Shown: positions 17,971 through 26,460, numbered from the stretch's first letter. The stretch: 32,000 nt of DNA from Thermoproteus tenax Kra 1 (GCF_000253055.1 NC_016070.1:960001-992000), one strand, 5' to 3'. Notes: generated by a model not told the origin, from the sequence alone. Translations and numbers: made by a program.

Positions 17971-18333
17971 ATGCCCGAGCTCCTTAAGTCAAAGGCCCAC
18001 GGACTAGTGGTGACAGGCAAGGATCTGCACTACGAGGGCTCGCTCACGTTGGGGCGGGACATAATGGAGGCAACGGGCCTGCTCCCTCTGGAGAGAGTGG
18101 AGGTCTACAATGTCACAAACGGAGCCCGCTTCACGACGTACGTAATACCTGGAGAAGACGGACAAGTGGTGCTCAACGGGGCGGCCGCCAGACTCGGCGA
18201 GGTCGGGGACATATTGATAGTGGCCTCCTACGAGTGCGCCGCCGATCCAACCGGACATGTGGCCACTGTGGCGATCTTTCAGAACAATAGGCTGAAGGAG
18301 ATCAAAAGGGTCTCGCCCCGCGACCTACGCTGA
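17971..18333 (+). CDS. panD: Aspartate 1-decarboxylase, pyruvoyl-dependent (120 aa)
   Basis: MPELLKSKAHGLVVTGKDLHYEGSLTL... aligns along its length with bacterial PanD ([21 protein letters not shown]...VNGAAA...GDIVIIAS). The self-cleavage Gly-Ser sits at codons 18037-18042. The track ORF 17755 is an upstream extension overlapping gdhA. Confidence 0.85.
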   Translation: MPELLKSKAHGLVVTGKDLHYEGSLTLGRDIMEATGLLPLERVEVYNVTNGARFTTYVIPGEDGQVVLNGAAARLGEVGDILIVASYECAADPTGHVATVAIFQNNRLKEIKRVSPRDLR

Positions 18334-18352
18334 GGGGTCACTACGGCGCACT

Positions 18353-18561
18353 GGGGCAGTTCTCTTCTTGGTTATCGTTGAGAAAAATTCTGCGTCTTTT
18401 GGCGGCAGGCGGAGGGCTTAAACGCGTGTATCTATGGCGGCAAGGGCAGTACCATGAGGCGCCCGACCGGGGCTGCACCTGGAGGGGGGCCGTTGCCCCC
18501 ATGCCCGATGGCCCCGCGCCGGAGACAGCTGGGCTGTCAGCGAAGGCGCGGGCGAGGAGGA
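18353..18561 (+). repeat. Copy B of the ~260-nt GC-rich element (5' two-thirds)
   Basis: 18381-18529 is identical, base for base, to the reverse complement of 28025-28173 (149 nt, checked by eye in 10-mers). 18530-18561 continues with 4 mismatches in 32 nt. Similarity is lost after ggcgaggagga. Confidence 0.9.
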
Positions 18562-18616
18562 AGTATTTGGGCATGACGTCGACAGCTATAGCCCAACCAA
18601 CGGAGTGTGTGCCACG

Positions 18617-18628
18617 TAAAAATTATAT
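18617..18628 (+). promoter_or_regulatory. TATA-like box for the pilus-module operon
   Basis: taaaaattatat is centred ~27 nt upstream of ATG 18649. This is the only AT-rich patch between repeat copy B and the first pilin-like gene. Confidence 0.45.
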
Positions 18629-18648
18629 GGCCCTTTGTGGTCTCCACC

Positions 18649-19047
18649 ATGTTGGGCATCTCCGAGATAGTCGCCTCCGTCCTCCTTTTGATCATCAGTG
18701 TGGCCTTCGCCGCATTGATAGCGGCGATCTTCTACAACGCCTATCTCCAGGCTCAGACCTCTCTGGCCGCCGAACAGGCCGCGAAATATTGCGAGGCGCG
18801 GATAGTGGCGGTGACGAACTCGAGCGGAGAGGCCTCGATCTGGGTCTACAACATGGGCCAGACGCGTTGCTCCTTCGCCGGCGCCTACGCCCTCGACGCT
18901 CAAGGCGACGTAGTTGCGGCGTCTCCGACCTCGGCCTCCGCCGAGCCGGGGGCTCTCGTGGAGATAAACACAACTCTGCCCTACGGCTACCCAGGCTATA
19001 GAATCGCCACCCCCCAGGGACAGACATTCGACTACTGGGGGGGATGA
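18649..19047 (+). CDS. Small class-III-signal (type IV pilin-like) protein (~132 aa)
   Basis: MLG|ISEIVASVLLLIISVAFAALIAAIFYNAY is a short n-region, Gly, then a long hydrophobic helix as in archaeal pilins. Start 18649 is preferred over the track's 18607 because the TATA box lies inside the longer ORF. The start remains uncertain because there is no basic residue before the Gly. The stop overlaps the next start (ATGA 19044-19047). Confidence 0.65.
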   Translation: MLGISEIVASVLLLIISVAFAALIAAIFYNAYLQAQTSLAAEQAAKYCEARIVAVTNSSGEASIWVYNMGQTRCSFAGAYALDAQGDVVAASPTSASAEPGALVEINTTLPYGYPGYRIATPQGQTFDYWGG

Positions 19048-20987
19048 GGGGCATATCCTCAGTCGCCGCGTTCGCGATCTTCATAGTGGTCATTGTGGTC
19101 TTCATGCTCGCCGTGCTCTACTACTACCAGTTGATCAAACAGGCTACGATCCAGGGAGTACAGTATGTGAGACAGTCCGCCCTGCCTCCCGACCAGGAAG
19201 CGGCCTTGGTATACAACGGCTCTTGTTATCTTCAGGCGGCCGGCCCGAAGTACCCCTTCTCGTACTATTTCTCGGTCTACGCGCCCACGGGGGCCCTCTT
19301 CGTGAGCTCCGCTGTCTCTCCGGCATCTCCCTATCAGTTCAAGATCGCGTGTCCTCCGGGGCCCGGGATGTATAAGTACGTTGGAGTCAGACAGAGCGGG
19401 CAGCTGGCCTACCTCTACGTGTACGTGGGCCCCATCGCCGTTTGGCTCCAGAGCAATGGAACTATATACTTCGTCAAAAGGGTGGGCGACTCGGTCGGCC
19501 TCACGCTCTACCTCAACGCATACGACAACTCCACGGGGTGGGCGCCCGTTCAGTACTCCGTTGCTCTGACGTATAACCCGGGCCTCCTGTCTTGCTCGCC
19601 CCAGAGCCTCTCGGCGGGACCTGCCGCTTTGAGCCCTGGGCAGACCGGCGTGTACAGACTGGGCATCGTTCGGTGCACTGCGAAGTCCTCCTTCACATCC
19701 ACCACTATCGGCGCAGTGATAACGCAGTCCTACGGCGGCTACGCCTGGACTGTATTTGTCCCCGCGGTGGCCCAGTTGATAAACGCGTCGGCCGCCTCAG
19801 CTCCTCCGCCTACGTCGGCCGCCTGCCCCGCGTCCCTCTCCTTCTCCCCCTCGCCGGGCGAAGTCCTAAGCGGCTACAACGAGCTCAACGGCTGGATAGC
19901 CGCCTGGGGAGCCTACGGAGGAGGGGCGGCCGTGGCCGTGAGGCCGGGCGTGCTCGTGCCAGACTCGCTGCAGACAGGTACTGGGCCTTATTACGTCCAG
20001 CTGAAGAGCCAACAGATCGGGACGCTCGCGGTGAGCGGCGCGCCCGCGACTGTTACAGTGTCGGGCTCTATGCCCAGCTTCCTCTCATCGCTGAATATAA
20101 CTATTGGCAGCTCAACCGTCTACTTAAACGGGTCCTCTGCCGCAGTGACCCTCCAGCCCGGCGTCTACCCCGTCTATGTGTCAGTGAGGGTCCAGCCCAA
20201 TGCCTCAATCGCTGGCTCAAACGCCACGCTCTATATCTCGTGTGGCTCAACGCAGATCCCCCTCCTCTTCGAGATCCCGCAGTGGGGCGACTGGGGAGTA
20301 CGAGTGGATATATACTACAACCCCTCAAACCAGTGGGGCAATCAGCCGAATTGGCAGAGCTATCAATACGTAGGCACTTGGTCGGTGGGCTCCGTTTACT
20401 TCTGGCTGTCGAGTCGGCACCAGAACCCCTACGGCTTCGCCGTCTCGCGACCCCCGTATTTCTCTATTGCCGGTTTAGATGACACGGCGCCCAAGTGGGC
20501 CGCGGCGTGGCTCCCGCAGTACTCCCCTGGCAAATGGGATTTATTCGCCCTTAGATATAGAGGCGTACTCTACATCCCCTGGAGCGATGTGAACTTCGGC
20601 GTTTGGCACGACGACGGAGCCTACGTATCCATGTGTGGAGTGACTTTAAACGCGTGGTATCCAACAGCGCCCCGCTTTGATTTCGTCAAGGCTCACTGCA
20701 GTAGCAGCGACGTACCTGTAGAAATCGACTACTTCGAGGCGTACGTAGAATCCGTGTTGATCTTCGTCGTCGGGAAAGGCTCTGAAGCGTATATACCGAC
20801 TATAGACGGCGCTTGGTACTGCCCTAATTTTACTTGGAAATCAGGCCCCTATAGTTATGGCCCTGGTCCGGGGTATTGTAATAGCCTCTGGTACTTCTTA
20901 CCTGCCTCCAGCGGCAATGTACCGTATTTCGTAGTGGGCAAATACACGCCGGGCACTTCGGACGGCGGTGGCACGCCTGCGCCATAA
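19044..20987 (+). CDS. Large class-III-signal protein (647 aa) with PA14-like C-terminal domain; candidate pilus-associated adhesin
   Basis: N-terminus MRG|ISSVAAFAIFIVVIVVFMLAVLYYY. Many N-x-S/T sequons (NGS, NGT, NST, NAS, NIT, NAT, NFT). Region 20292-20770 (WGVRVDIYYNP...FALRYRGVLYIPWSDVNFGVWHDDGAYVSMCGV...VPVEIDYFEAYVESVL) follows the PA14/GLEYA pattern. Confidence 0.7.
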   Translation: MRGISSVAAFAIFIVVIVVFMLAVLYYYQLIKQATIQGVQYVRQSALPPDQEAALVYNGSCYLQAAGPKYPFSYYFSVYAPTGALFVSSAVSPASPYQFKIACPPGPGMYKYVGVRQSGQLAYLYVYVGPIAVWLQSNGTIYFVKRVGDSVGLTLYLNAYDNSTGWAPVQYSVALTYNPGLLSCSPQSLSAGPAALSPGQTGVYRLGIVRCTAKSSFTSTTIGAVITQSYGGYAWTVFVPAVAQLINASAASAPPPTSAACPASLSFSPSPGEVLSGYNELNGWIAAWGAYGGGAAVAVRPGVLVPDSLQTGTGPYYVQLKSQQIGTLAVSGAPATVTVSGSMPSFLSSLNITIGSSTVYLNGSSAAVTLQPGVYPVYVSVRVQPNASIAGSNATLYISCGSTQIPLLFEIPQWGDWGVRVDIYYNPSNQWGNQPNWQSYQYVGTWSVGSVYFWLSSRHQNPYGFAVSRPPYFSIAGLDDTAPKWAAAWLPQYSPGKWDLFALRYRGVLYIPWSDVNFGVWHDDGAYVSMCGVTLNAWYPTAPRFDFVKAHCSSSDVPVEIDYFEAYVESVLIFVVGKGSEAYIPTIDGAWYCPNFTWKSGPYSYGPGPGYCNSLWYFLPASSGNVPYFVVGKYTPGTSDGGGTPAP

Positions 20988-21014
20988 TATTTAAGAATCG
21001 ATATTTGGGAGGCC

Positions 21015-22880
21015 ATGAAGTTTATTTTGTTGGTTCTGGTTGGGGCAGCCCTAGTTTTTGCACAAGTCTACGTCTTCAGCGATGGCTCTGGCTATGCAGT
21101 TTTTTCACATATGGGCTTCGCTGTGTATTCCATGGATGGGCGGCTTCAGTATGTAGGAGGAGCGCCGGCCTATCCTGGGCCCACTTGTATAGCCTTCTAC
21201 TCAGGAGCCGGCGTCTCGATCGTCACCCCTAGGGGCGCCCTCAGGGCCTTCTATCCGCTGAACTTCACCCCCACCCTCATCGCCTCGGACTGCAGAGCGG
21301 TGGTCGCAGTGAACCAGACCGCCGGCGTGTATATAGCCCCAGGGGTCCGGTACTCGTTCTTCCTTCCGTCTCCTCCCTACTCTGTATCTATGTTGAACGG
21401 CACTGCCTACGTGCTCGACATGGACGGCGATGTGATCGTGGCCTCCGCGTCGGGCACAGCTGTGGAGCATATAGGAGGATATCCCGCCGGGACTGTTGCG
21501 AGCCCGGACTGCGTTGTCGCCTCGGTGGTCCGAGGGGATACGCAGTACTTCTACAGAGTCGACGGAGGAGTCCCCCAGCTGCTGGCGACGAGGAGGGCCG
21601 AGGTCGGCCTCGCCTACTCCTTCGCCGTGGGGCCCGGCTGTCGTTTGGCCTACGCCGACGGTAGGAAGGAGACTGCTGTGGCTGTCGACGGGCCCTACGT
21701 CATCTACGGCACATCGACGGGCTATATAGAGGTCTACTACGGCGGACAGCTCGTCTACGAGCGGAAGGTCGGCGGGCCTGTCCTCTCGGTGTCGTCCTCG
21801 GGCTTAAACATAGCGTACGAGACGCCGGAGGGCGTCTTCCCGCTCATCCTCATCAACGAGACCGTCGTGTCGAACTGCGGCAACTGGTCCCTCTTGAGGG
21901 AGGCGGGGACTGCCTATTCTCCGCCCTCGGTCATCGAATTTGGCAACGGCACTAGGTGCGTGCTCTCCTCCAACTACACTGCGTCTGGAGTCGTCTATGC
22001 AAACTATGTGCGCCAGTACTACGTACAGCTGAGCTCCCCCCATCCGATGGCAGCTTGGCTTCCCGCCGGAGCTCAATTGCCCCAGCCGCCGTCTGTTGTG
22101 GAGGGGCTTGTGGAGTTGATCCCACTTGGGTGGCAAATAGACGGCCGCCTGCTCCAACAAACCGCCGTCGAGGGGCCCTTGGCGGCCTCCGCCGTCTACA
22201 GAGTGGTGCCCGCCGTTAACGGGACTCTCGGCAACGGCACAATGTTGCTGGTCAAAGTAGAGACGCCCACTATCGTCTGGCCGCAACAGCCCGCGTACGC
22301 CGTAGAGAGGCTCTACTACGTCACAGTCTCGCCGCCTGGGAACGTCTCGGGGGGCCCGGGCTACTATCCCGCCGGCTCCTACGTGACTATATCCGCCGGA
22401 TCGCCGCAGGCGCCCCCAGGCTGCAGATACACCTTCTCTGGCTGGAGGGGCGTGAACGCGACTGCGCCCACTGCGACAGTGCTTGTGGCGGGGCCCATCT
22501 CGGCTGCGCCTGAGTTCGTTGAGGAGTGCCGCGTCCAGCTCTATACACAGTACGGCTCTGTGGTCAACGCCCCCGAGTGGGCGCCGCTGGGGGCCGTCCT
22601 AACGCCCTCCGTGGAGCCGACGGCGGTATGGGCTCCGTTCCCATTTAGGTACGTCTTCGTCGGCTGGAACATCAACGGGGCGATATCTAGGAGCTTCGCC
22701 GTCTCCGGGCCCGTGAGCGCTACGGCCGTGTGGGTCCTCGATCCGACCCCCCTATCGGCAATCGCGGCCGCCTTGGCCGCCGCAAGCATCGCAGTGTTCC
22801 TCGCGTCGAGGAGGCGCCGCCAGGGGCGCGCCGCACTGTTTAAATTCTACGCAAGATATTTATCAGTACACTATCAGTAG
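21015..22880 (+). CDS. Secreted, C-terminally membrane-anchored 621-aa protein with three InlB-B-repeat-like modules
   Basis: Sec-type signal MKFILLVLVGAALVFAQV. The beta-rich N-terminal half may be a propeller (repeated ...DGDVIVASASG..., ...GYIEVYYGGQLVYE...). Three modules at 22017-22740 have the Y-Y-V-x-h...[FL]-x-G-W pattern. C-terminal TM plus basic tail LSAIAAALAAASIAVFLASRRRRQGR. GGGAGG lies 3 nt upstream of the ATG. Confidence 0.7.
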   Translation: MKFILLVLVGAALVFAQVYVFSDGSGYAVFSHMGFAVYSMDGRLQYVGGAPAYPGPTCIAFYSGAGVSIVTPRGALRAFYPLNFTPTLIASDCRAVVAVNQTAGVYIAPGVRYSFFLPSPPYSVSMLNGTAYVLDMDGDVIVASASGTAVEHIGGYPAGTVASPDCVVASVVRGDTQYFYRVDGGVPQLLATRRAEVGLAYSFAVGPGCRLAYADGRKETAVAVDGPYVIYGTSTGYIEVYYGGQLVYERKVGGPVLSVSSSGLNIAYETPEGVFPLILINETVVSNCGNWSLLREAGTAYSPPSVIEFGNGTRCVLSSNYTASGVVYANYVRQYYVQLSSPHPMAAWLPAGAQLPQPPSVVEGLVELIPLGWQIDGRLLQQTAVEGPLAASAVYRVVPAVNGTLGNGTMLLVKVETPTIVWPQQPAYAVERLYYVTVSPPGNVSGGPGYYPAGSYVTISAGSPQAPPGCRYTFSGWRGVNATAPTATVLVAGPISAAPEFVEECRVQLYTQYGSVVNAPEWAPLGAVLTPSVEPTAVWAPFPFRYVFVGWNINGAISRSFAVSGPVSATAVWVLDPTPLSAIAAALAAASIAVFLASRRRRQGRAALFKFYARYLSVHYQ

Positions 22881-22883
22881 CCC

Positions 22884-23372
22884 ATGAGGACGAGGGGTAT
22901 CGAGCCAATAGTCGCCGCTGTGTTGTTGATAGTGTTGGCGGTCATTGGCGCTGTGTTGCTCTACCTCTGGTTCGCTGGATACGTCTCTGGGACTACCTCG
23001 CAGGCCAACCAGCTCTCGGCCTCAGAGAGGCTCAGCATAGAGGCCGCCAATCTAACTTGGACTTCAGGGAGGGGCGCCTACGCCTATCTCTATATCAGAA
23101 ACATCGGCGGAGTCAACTCTACGCTGTCGACAGCCTATCTGCTCCTCCCCGGCTCCTCCAACCCGCTGTGCACTACGAACACAATTACGGTCTACGCCGG
23201 CCTCAGCACGACGGCGGGACCCAGACAGACGCCTGTTATACCGGTCGGTCAAGACAACTTGGTGTACATAAGCTTCGGGCCGGGCTGCACTGTGACCAGC
23301 GGCTACACCTACGTGGTCAAGCTTGTGACGCAGCAGGGCTCGCAGTTCGCGGTCACAGTGACCGCCAGCTGA
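22884..23372 (+). CDS. Archaeal type IV pilin (162 aa)
   Basis: MRTRG|IEPIVAAVLLIVLAVIGAVLLYLWFAGY is a textbook archaeal class III signal peptide and pilin/flagellin-type N-terminal helix. The C-terminal domain is beta-rich with NLT and NST sequons. Confidence 0.8.
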   Translation: MRTRGIEPIVAAVLLIVLAVIGAVLLYLWFAGYVSGTTSQANQLSASERLSIEAANLTWTSGRGAYAYLYIRNIGGVNSTLSTAYLLLPGSSNPLCTTNTITVYAGLSTTAGPRQTPVIPVGQDNLVYISFGPGCTVTSGYTYVVKLVTQQGSQFAVTVTAS

Positions 23373-23381
23373 ACCCCTAAT

Positions 23382-24140
23382 ATGAATATTTTTTTCCAAT
23401 GGCTCCCTCTCATCGTTTTTTCCTCCTCAGCCGCCCTTATAGCTGGCGGCTATCTCCCCTGGAGGAGGGCTGTGTTCAGAGCCAAGCTGGAGGGACAGAT
23501 CCCAGAGACCCTCCGGGCCCTCGCCGACTCGGTGGCCGGAGGCATGGACCTGAGGTCCGCCTTCGAGGTTGTGGCTTCGCTGGGCCTCAGGCCGATGGCC
23601 GACGTAGCGAGGAGGATCCTCGCCCTCACGGCCGTAGGGGGCATGACTGTGGAGGAGGCATTGTGGCAAGTGGCCGAGGGGACGGGCTCGGCGAACTTCA
23701 AGAGGTTCGCGTTGATAGTGGCGGAGGCCGCCCGCAGCGGCGCCAAGTTGCCCGAGGTTTTGGGGACTGCGGCGAGGACGTTCGCCACAGTCGTCGAGTT
23801 CAGACGCGACATTGAGTCCCAGCTGAGGCCCTACGTGGCCTTGTATTACGCACTGATAGTCACGTTCGTAGTCCTCGCCGATGTCCTCGTCTACTTCCTC
23901 CTGCCGCAGTTGGCCCAACTTGCCTCTAGAGTGTCAGGCCCAGGGATAACTCCAGCGGTGATAAACAGGGAGGACGCCATAGTCGTGCTCTACTTCTCAG
24001 CGCTTGCGCAAGCTCTGATCGGCGGGCTTATAATCGGGAGGATCGTCTACTTCTCGCCGTCCGCCGGGCTGGTGCACGCGGGCATCGCCTCGGGAGCGGC
24101 CGGGCTGGCTCTGCTTCTGCCCCTATGGGCGAGGTTCTGA
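23382..24140 (+). CDS. T4P platform protein, single T2SSF (TadB/TadC/FlaJ-like) domain (252 aa)
   Basis: One N-terminal TM, a cytoplasmic helical domain (IPETLRALADSVAGGMDLRSAFEVVA...LPEVLGTAARTF) and C-terminal TM helices, the GspF/TadC domain layout. 16-nt overlap with the ATPase gene. Confidence 0.75.
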   Translation: MNIFFQWLPLIVFSSSAALIAGGYLPWRRAVFRAKLEGQIPETLRALADSVAGGMDLRSAFEVVASLGLRPMADVARRILALTAVGGMTVEEALWQVAEGTGSANFKRFALIVAEAARSGAKLPEVLGTAARTFATVVEFRRDIESQLRPYVALYYALIVTFVVLADVLVYFLLPQLAQLASRVSGPGITPAVINREDAIVVLYFSALAQALIGGLIIGRIVYFSPSAGLVHAGIASGAAGLALLLPLWARF

Positions 24141-25516
24141 AGCTCCTAGAGGAGTACGAGGTCGCCCAATATGTCCACGTAATGATATATGTAGACAAAC
24201 ACGGCTTTAGGGCCTACAGGGCCGTGGAGCCGCCCCTTAGCGATGAGGAGCGGGAGCTTCTGTTGAGGCTTAAACGCGCGATCCAGAACGTAGGCGATGT
24301 GAAAGACGGCATATTGAAGCTCACAAGGGAGCGCAGAGAGGAATATCTGGCGCAGCTCGTGGACAGAGCCGCGCGAGAGTTCAAACTGAACGTGGAGGAG
24401 GAGAGGAGGGGGAAAATAATGTATTATCTGAGGCGTGATCTGTTGGGCTACGGCGTGTTGGATCCGCTAGTGAGAGACCCCTTCGTGGAGGATATACATT
24501 TCGACGGGCCCGGCGTGCCGATCTATGTGTGGCACAGCCGCTGGGAGTCTCTGAGGACGGACATAGTCCTAGACCTGGCCGAGGCCGACGCCTATGTCCA
24601 GAGGTTCTCCGCGCTCGTCGGAAAACCTGTGTCATACGCCGACCCCATACTCGAGGGCATGTTGCCGGAGGGCTACCGCCTAGAGTTGGTCGCGCCGCCC
24701 TCCTCGCCCAGAGGTCCCTCGTTCGTCATCAGAAAGTTCTTCGTAGAGCCGATCACCTTAATAGACTTGGTCAAAATGGGCACGATATCCGCCGAGGCTG
24801 TGGCATATCTCTGGCTCATGTTAGACTACGGCAGAAACATAGTCATTCTGGGGCCCACTGGGGCGGGCAAGACCACGTTGTTGAACGCGCTCTTGCACTT
24901 GATACGCCCCGACGCGAAGGTGCTCACTATAGAGGACACTAGGGAGATCAACATAGTCCACGAGCACTGGCAAGCTCTGTTGACCAGGCCCAGCAGATCC
25001 GAGGGCGTTAGGGATGTGTCCGCGTTCGACCTCCTCGCCGTTGCCATGAGGTCTCGCCCAGACTACGTGGTCGTCGGCGAGATCCGCGGCGAGGAGGCCT
25101 ACGTCCTCTTCCAAGCCTTCGGCTCGGGGCACGCCGGCGCCACCACTATGCACGCCGAGACTATAGAGGACGCCGTGAGGCGACTGCTGACTAGGCCCAT
25201 GTCGGTCCCCCCGATGTTGATAGGCCTCGCCCATGTCTTTGTGCGCATAATGAGGGTGAAGATAGGAGAAAGGATAGCGAGGAGAGTCGTGGAAATAGCG
25301 GAGAACATGGGCATAGCGAGGGGCGGGAGGCCGAGGTTGAACTACGTCTTTAGGTGGAGCCCGGAAAAAGACTCCTTGGAGCGAGTCGGGGAGAGCAGAC
25401 ACCTGGAGACTATCTCCCGCGTTAGGTTCGTCCCCATGGACGCGCTTTTAAGGGAGTTCGAGAGAAGGAAGGAGCTGATAGGCGAAATGGTGAAACAAGG
25501 CTTCTCGTCCCCATAA
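24125..25516 (+). CDS. Type IV pilus/secretion ATPase (FlaI/TadA/GspE superfamily, 463 aa)
   Basis: Walker A GPTGAGKTTLLNAL (24851-24877), TIEDTREI Asp box, Walker B/His box region DYVVVGEIRGEEA...GHAGATTMHA. Confidence 0.9.
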   Translation: MGEVLKLLEEYEVAQYVHVMIYVDKHGFRAYRAVEPPLSDEERELLLRLKRAIQNVGDVKDGILKLTRERREEYLAQLVDRAAREFKLNVEEERRGKIMYYLRRDLLGYGVLDPLVRDPFVEDIHFDGPGVPIYVWHSRWESLRTDIVLDLAEADAYVQRFSALVGKPVSYADPILEGMLPEGYRLELVAPPSSPRGPSFVIRKFFVEPITLIDLVKMGTISAEAVAYLWLMLDYGRNIVILGPTGAGKTTLLNALLHLIRPDAKVLTIEDTREINIVHEHWQALLTRPSRSEGVRDVSAFDLLAVAMRSRPDYVVVGEIRGEEAYVLFQAFGSGHAGATTMHAETIEDAVRRLLTRPMSVPPMLIGLAHVFVRIMRVKIGERIARRVVEIAENMGIARGGRPRLNYVFRWSPEKDSLERVGESRHLETISRVRFVPMDALLREFERRKELIGEMVKQGFSSP

Positions 25517-25590
25517 GCTGTGGCGAGGGTCTTCTCTAGCTACAGGGCAGATCCCGAGGGGACTCTGGAGGCAGTGCGGCAGGGGAAAAT

Positions 25591-26376
25591 ATGAGGCTCC
25601 TCTTCGATCTATACAGGCTGAGCGGCCTCGCCTTCTCCTACAGGAGGTATATCGCCGTTCTGATGGGCGCGCCTGCTGCGGTCGGCTTAGCCGTCGGCGC
25701 GGCGGCCTCCCTTTTGATCTCATCGCCGGCCGGCTTGATCTTGGGCGCTGCGGCGGCCCTTATTACCTTCGCAGTTATTCTGGGGTACCCCGTCCACCTT
25801 GTCTCCTCCAGACGCACCCACTTCGAGAACAACTTCCCCTACACTCTGTCGGTCCTATTGCCTCTGTTGACGGCCGGAGTGCCGCTGGGAAGGGCCGTCG
25901 CACGCCTCGCCGAAGTTGAGGACGACAAATACATCGCCCGCGAGCTCTCCCTTGCGGTGAGAGATATTGTGGTCATGGGCTCGAGCCCCTTGGAGGCCTT
26001 GCTGCACAGCGCCGAGAGAGTGCCCAGCGCCAGCTACAGAGAGACTGTGGATATATTAGTTAGGTCGTCTAGAGTCACGGAGAGACTCGACCTAGTTCTT
26101 ATGGCGAGGCTCGACTGGATGTTGAGACAGAAGCAGATCAGGGCGGCCTCGTTGGCGCGATCTATCTCGCTCTTGTTTGAAATATACGCAGTTGCGGCAA
26201 TGTTGTTGCCCATTTTGGTTTTCACGATGGCGCTCGCCTTGAGCCCGCTGGGCGTCCTCCAAGTGGCCGGGCTATCGCTGGATCCCCTCTCCGTGATGAT
26301 CCTAGCTGGCTTGATCTACTCGCCGATAGCGGGGGCCATGTTCTATATCTTGTTCGACGCATCTGCAACTATATGA
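25591..26376 (+). CDS. T4P platform protein, second single T2SSF-like domain (261 aa)
   Basis: N-terminal TM helices, a helical soluble domain (FPYTLSVLLPLLTAGVPLGRAVARLAE...SPLEALLHSAERVP...) and C-terminal TMs. No alternative start exists between the in-frame stop at 25537-25539 and ATG 25591. Confidence 0.7.
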   Translation: MRLLFDLYRLSGLAFSYRRYIAVLMGAPAAVGLAVGAAASLLISSPAGLILGAAAALITFAVILGYPVHLVSSRRTHFENNFPYTLSVLLPLLTAGVPLGRAVARLAEVEDDKYIARELSLAVRDIVVMGSSPLEALLHSAERVPSASYRETVDILVRSSRVTERLDLVLMARLDWMLRQKQIRAASLARSISLLFEIYAVAAMLLPILVFTMALALSPLGVLQVAGLSLDPLSVMILAGLIYSPIAGAMFYILFDASATI

Positions 26377-26460
26377 AAACTTCTTTTAAAGAGAATTTTT
26401 GCTGAAATAAAGTCGATATCTATTGTTATTGATCGTTAAAAATATTAAAATGGGTGACAT

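Noticed and set aside
698-18561. Copies A (core plus 3' part) and B (5' part plus core) as attL/attR of a 17.8-kb integrated element that recombined through the shared ~70-nt core.
   Set aside because: Copy A retains the element's 5' flank motif (ggggctgtttca...gatcg). Its junction is explained by a deletion between two CGTTG microhomologies. The enclosed genes are ordinary metabolic and transport genes, with no integrase or plasmid/virus functions.
18607-18648. The longer start (ATG 18607, MCHVKIIWPFVVST...) for the first pilin-like gene, which would supply a basic residue before the Gly.
   Set aside because: The only strong TATA-like box (18617-18628) lies inside this extension and is correctly spaced for a leaderless start at 18649. 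This is not fully excluded, because a weak gctatagcc lies ~23 nt upstream of 18607.
18378-19001. Track ORFs running through the repeat copies (18378..19001 plus strand, 18341..18574 minus strand, 27946..28155 minus strand, 27783..28100 minus strand) that share the peptide GGGLKRVYLWRQGQYHEAPDRGCTWRG...
   Set aside because: The shared peptide simply reflects the nucleotide repeat. Both strands are open, the composition is non-protein-like, copy A deletes the 5' ~115 nt of this reading frame, and the 18378 ORF runs out of frame across the real pilin gene.
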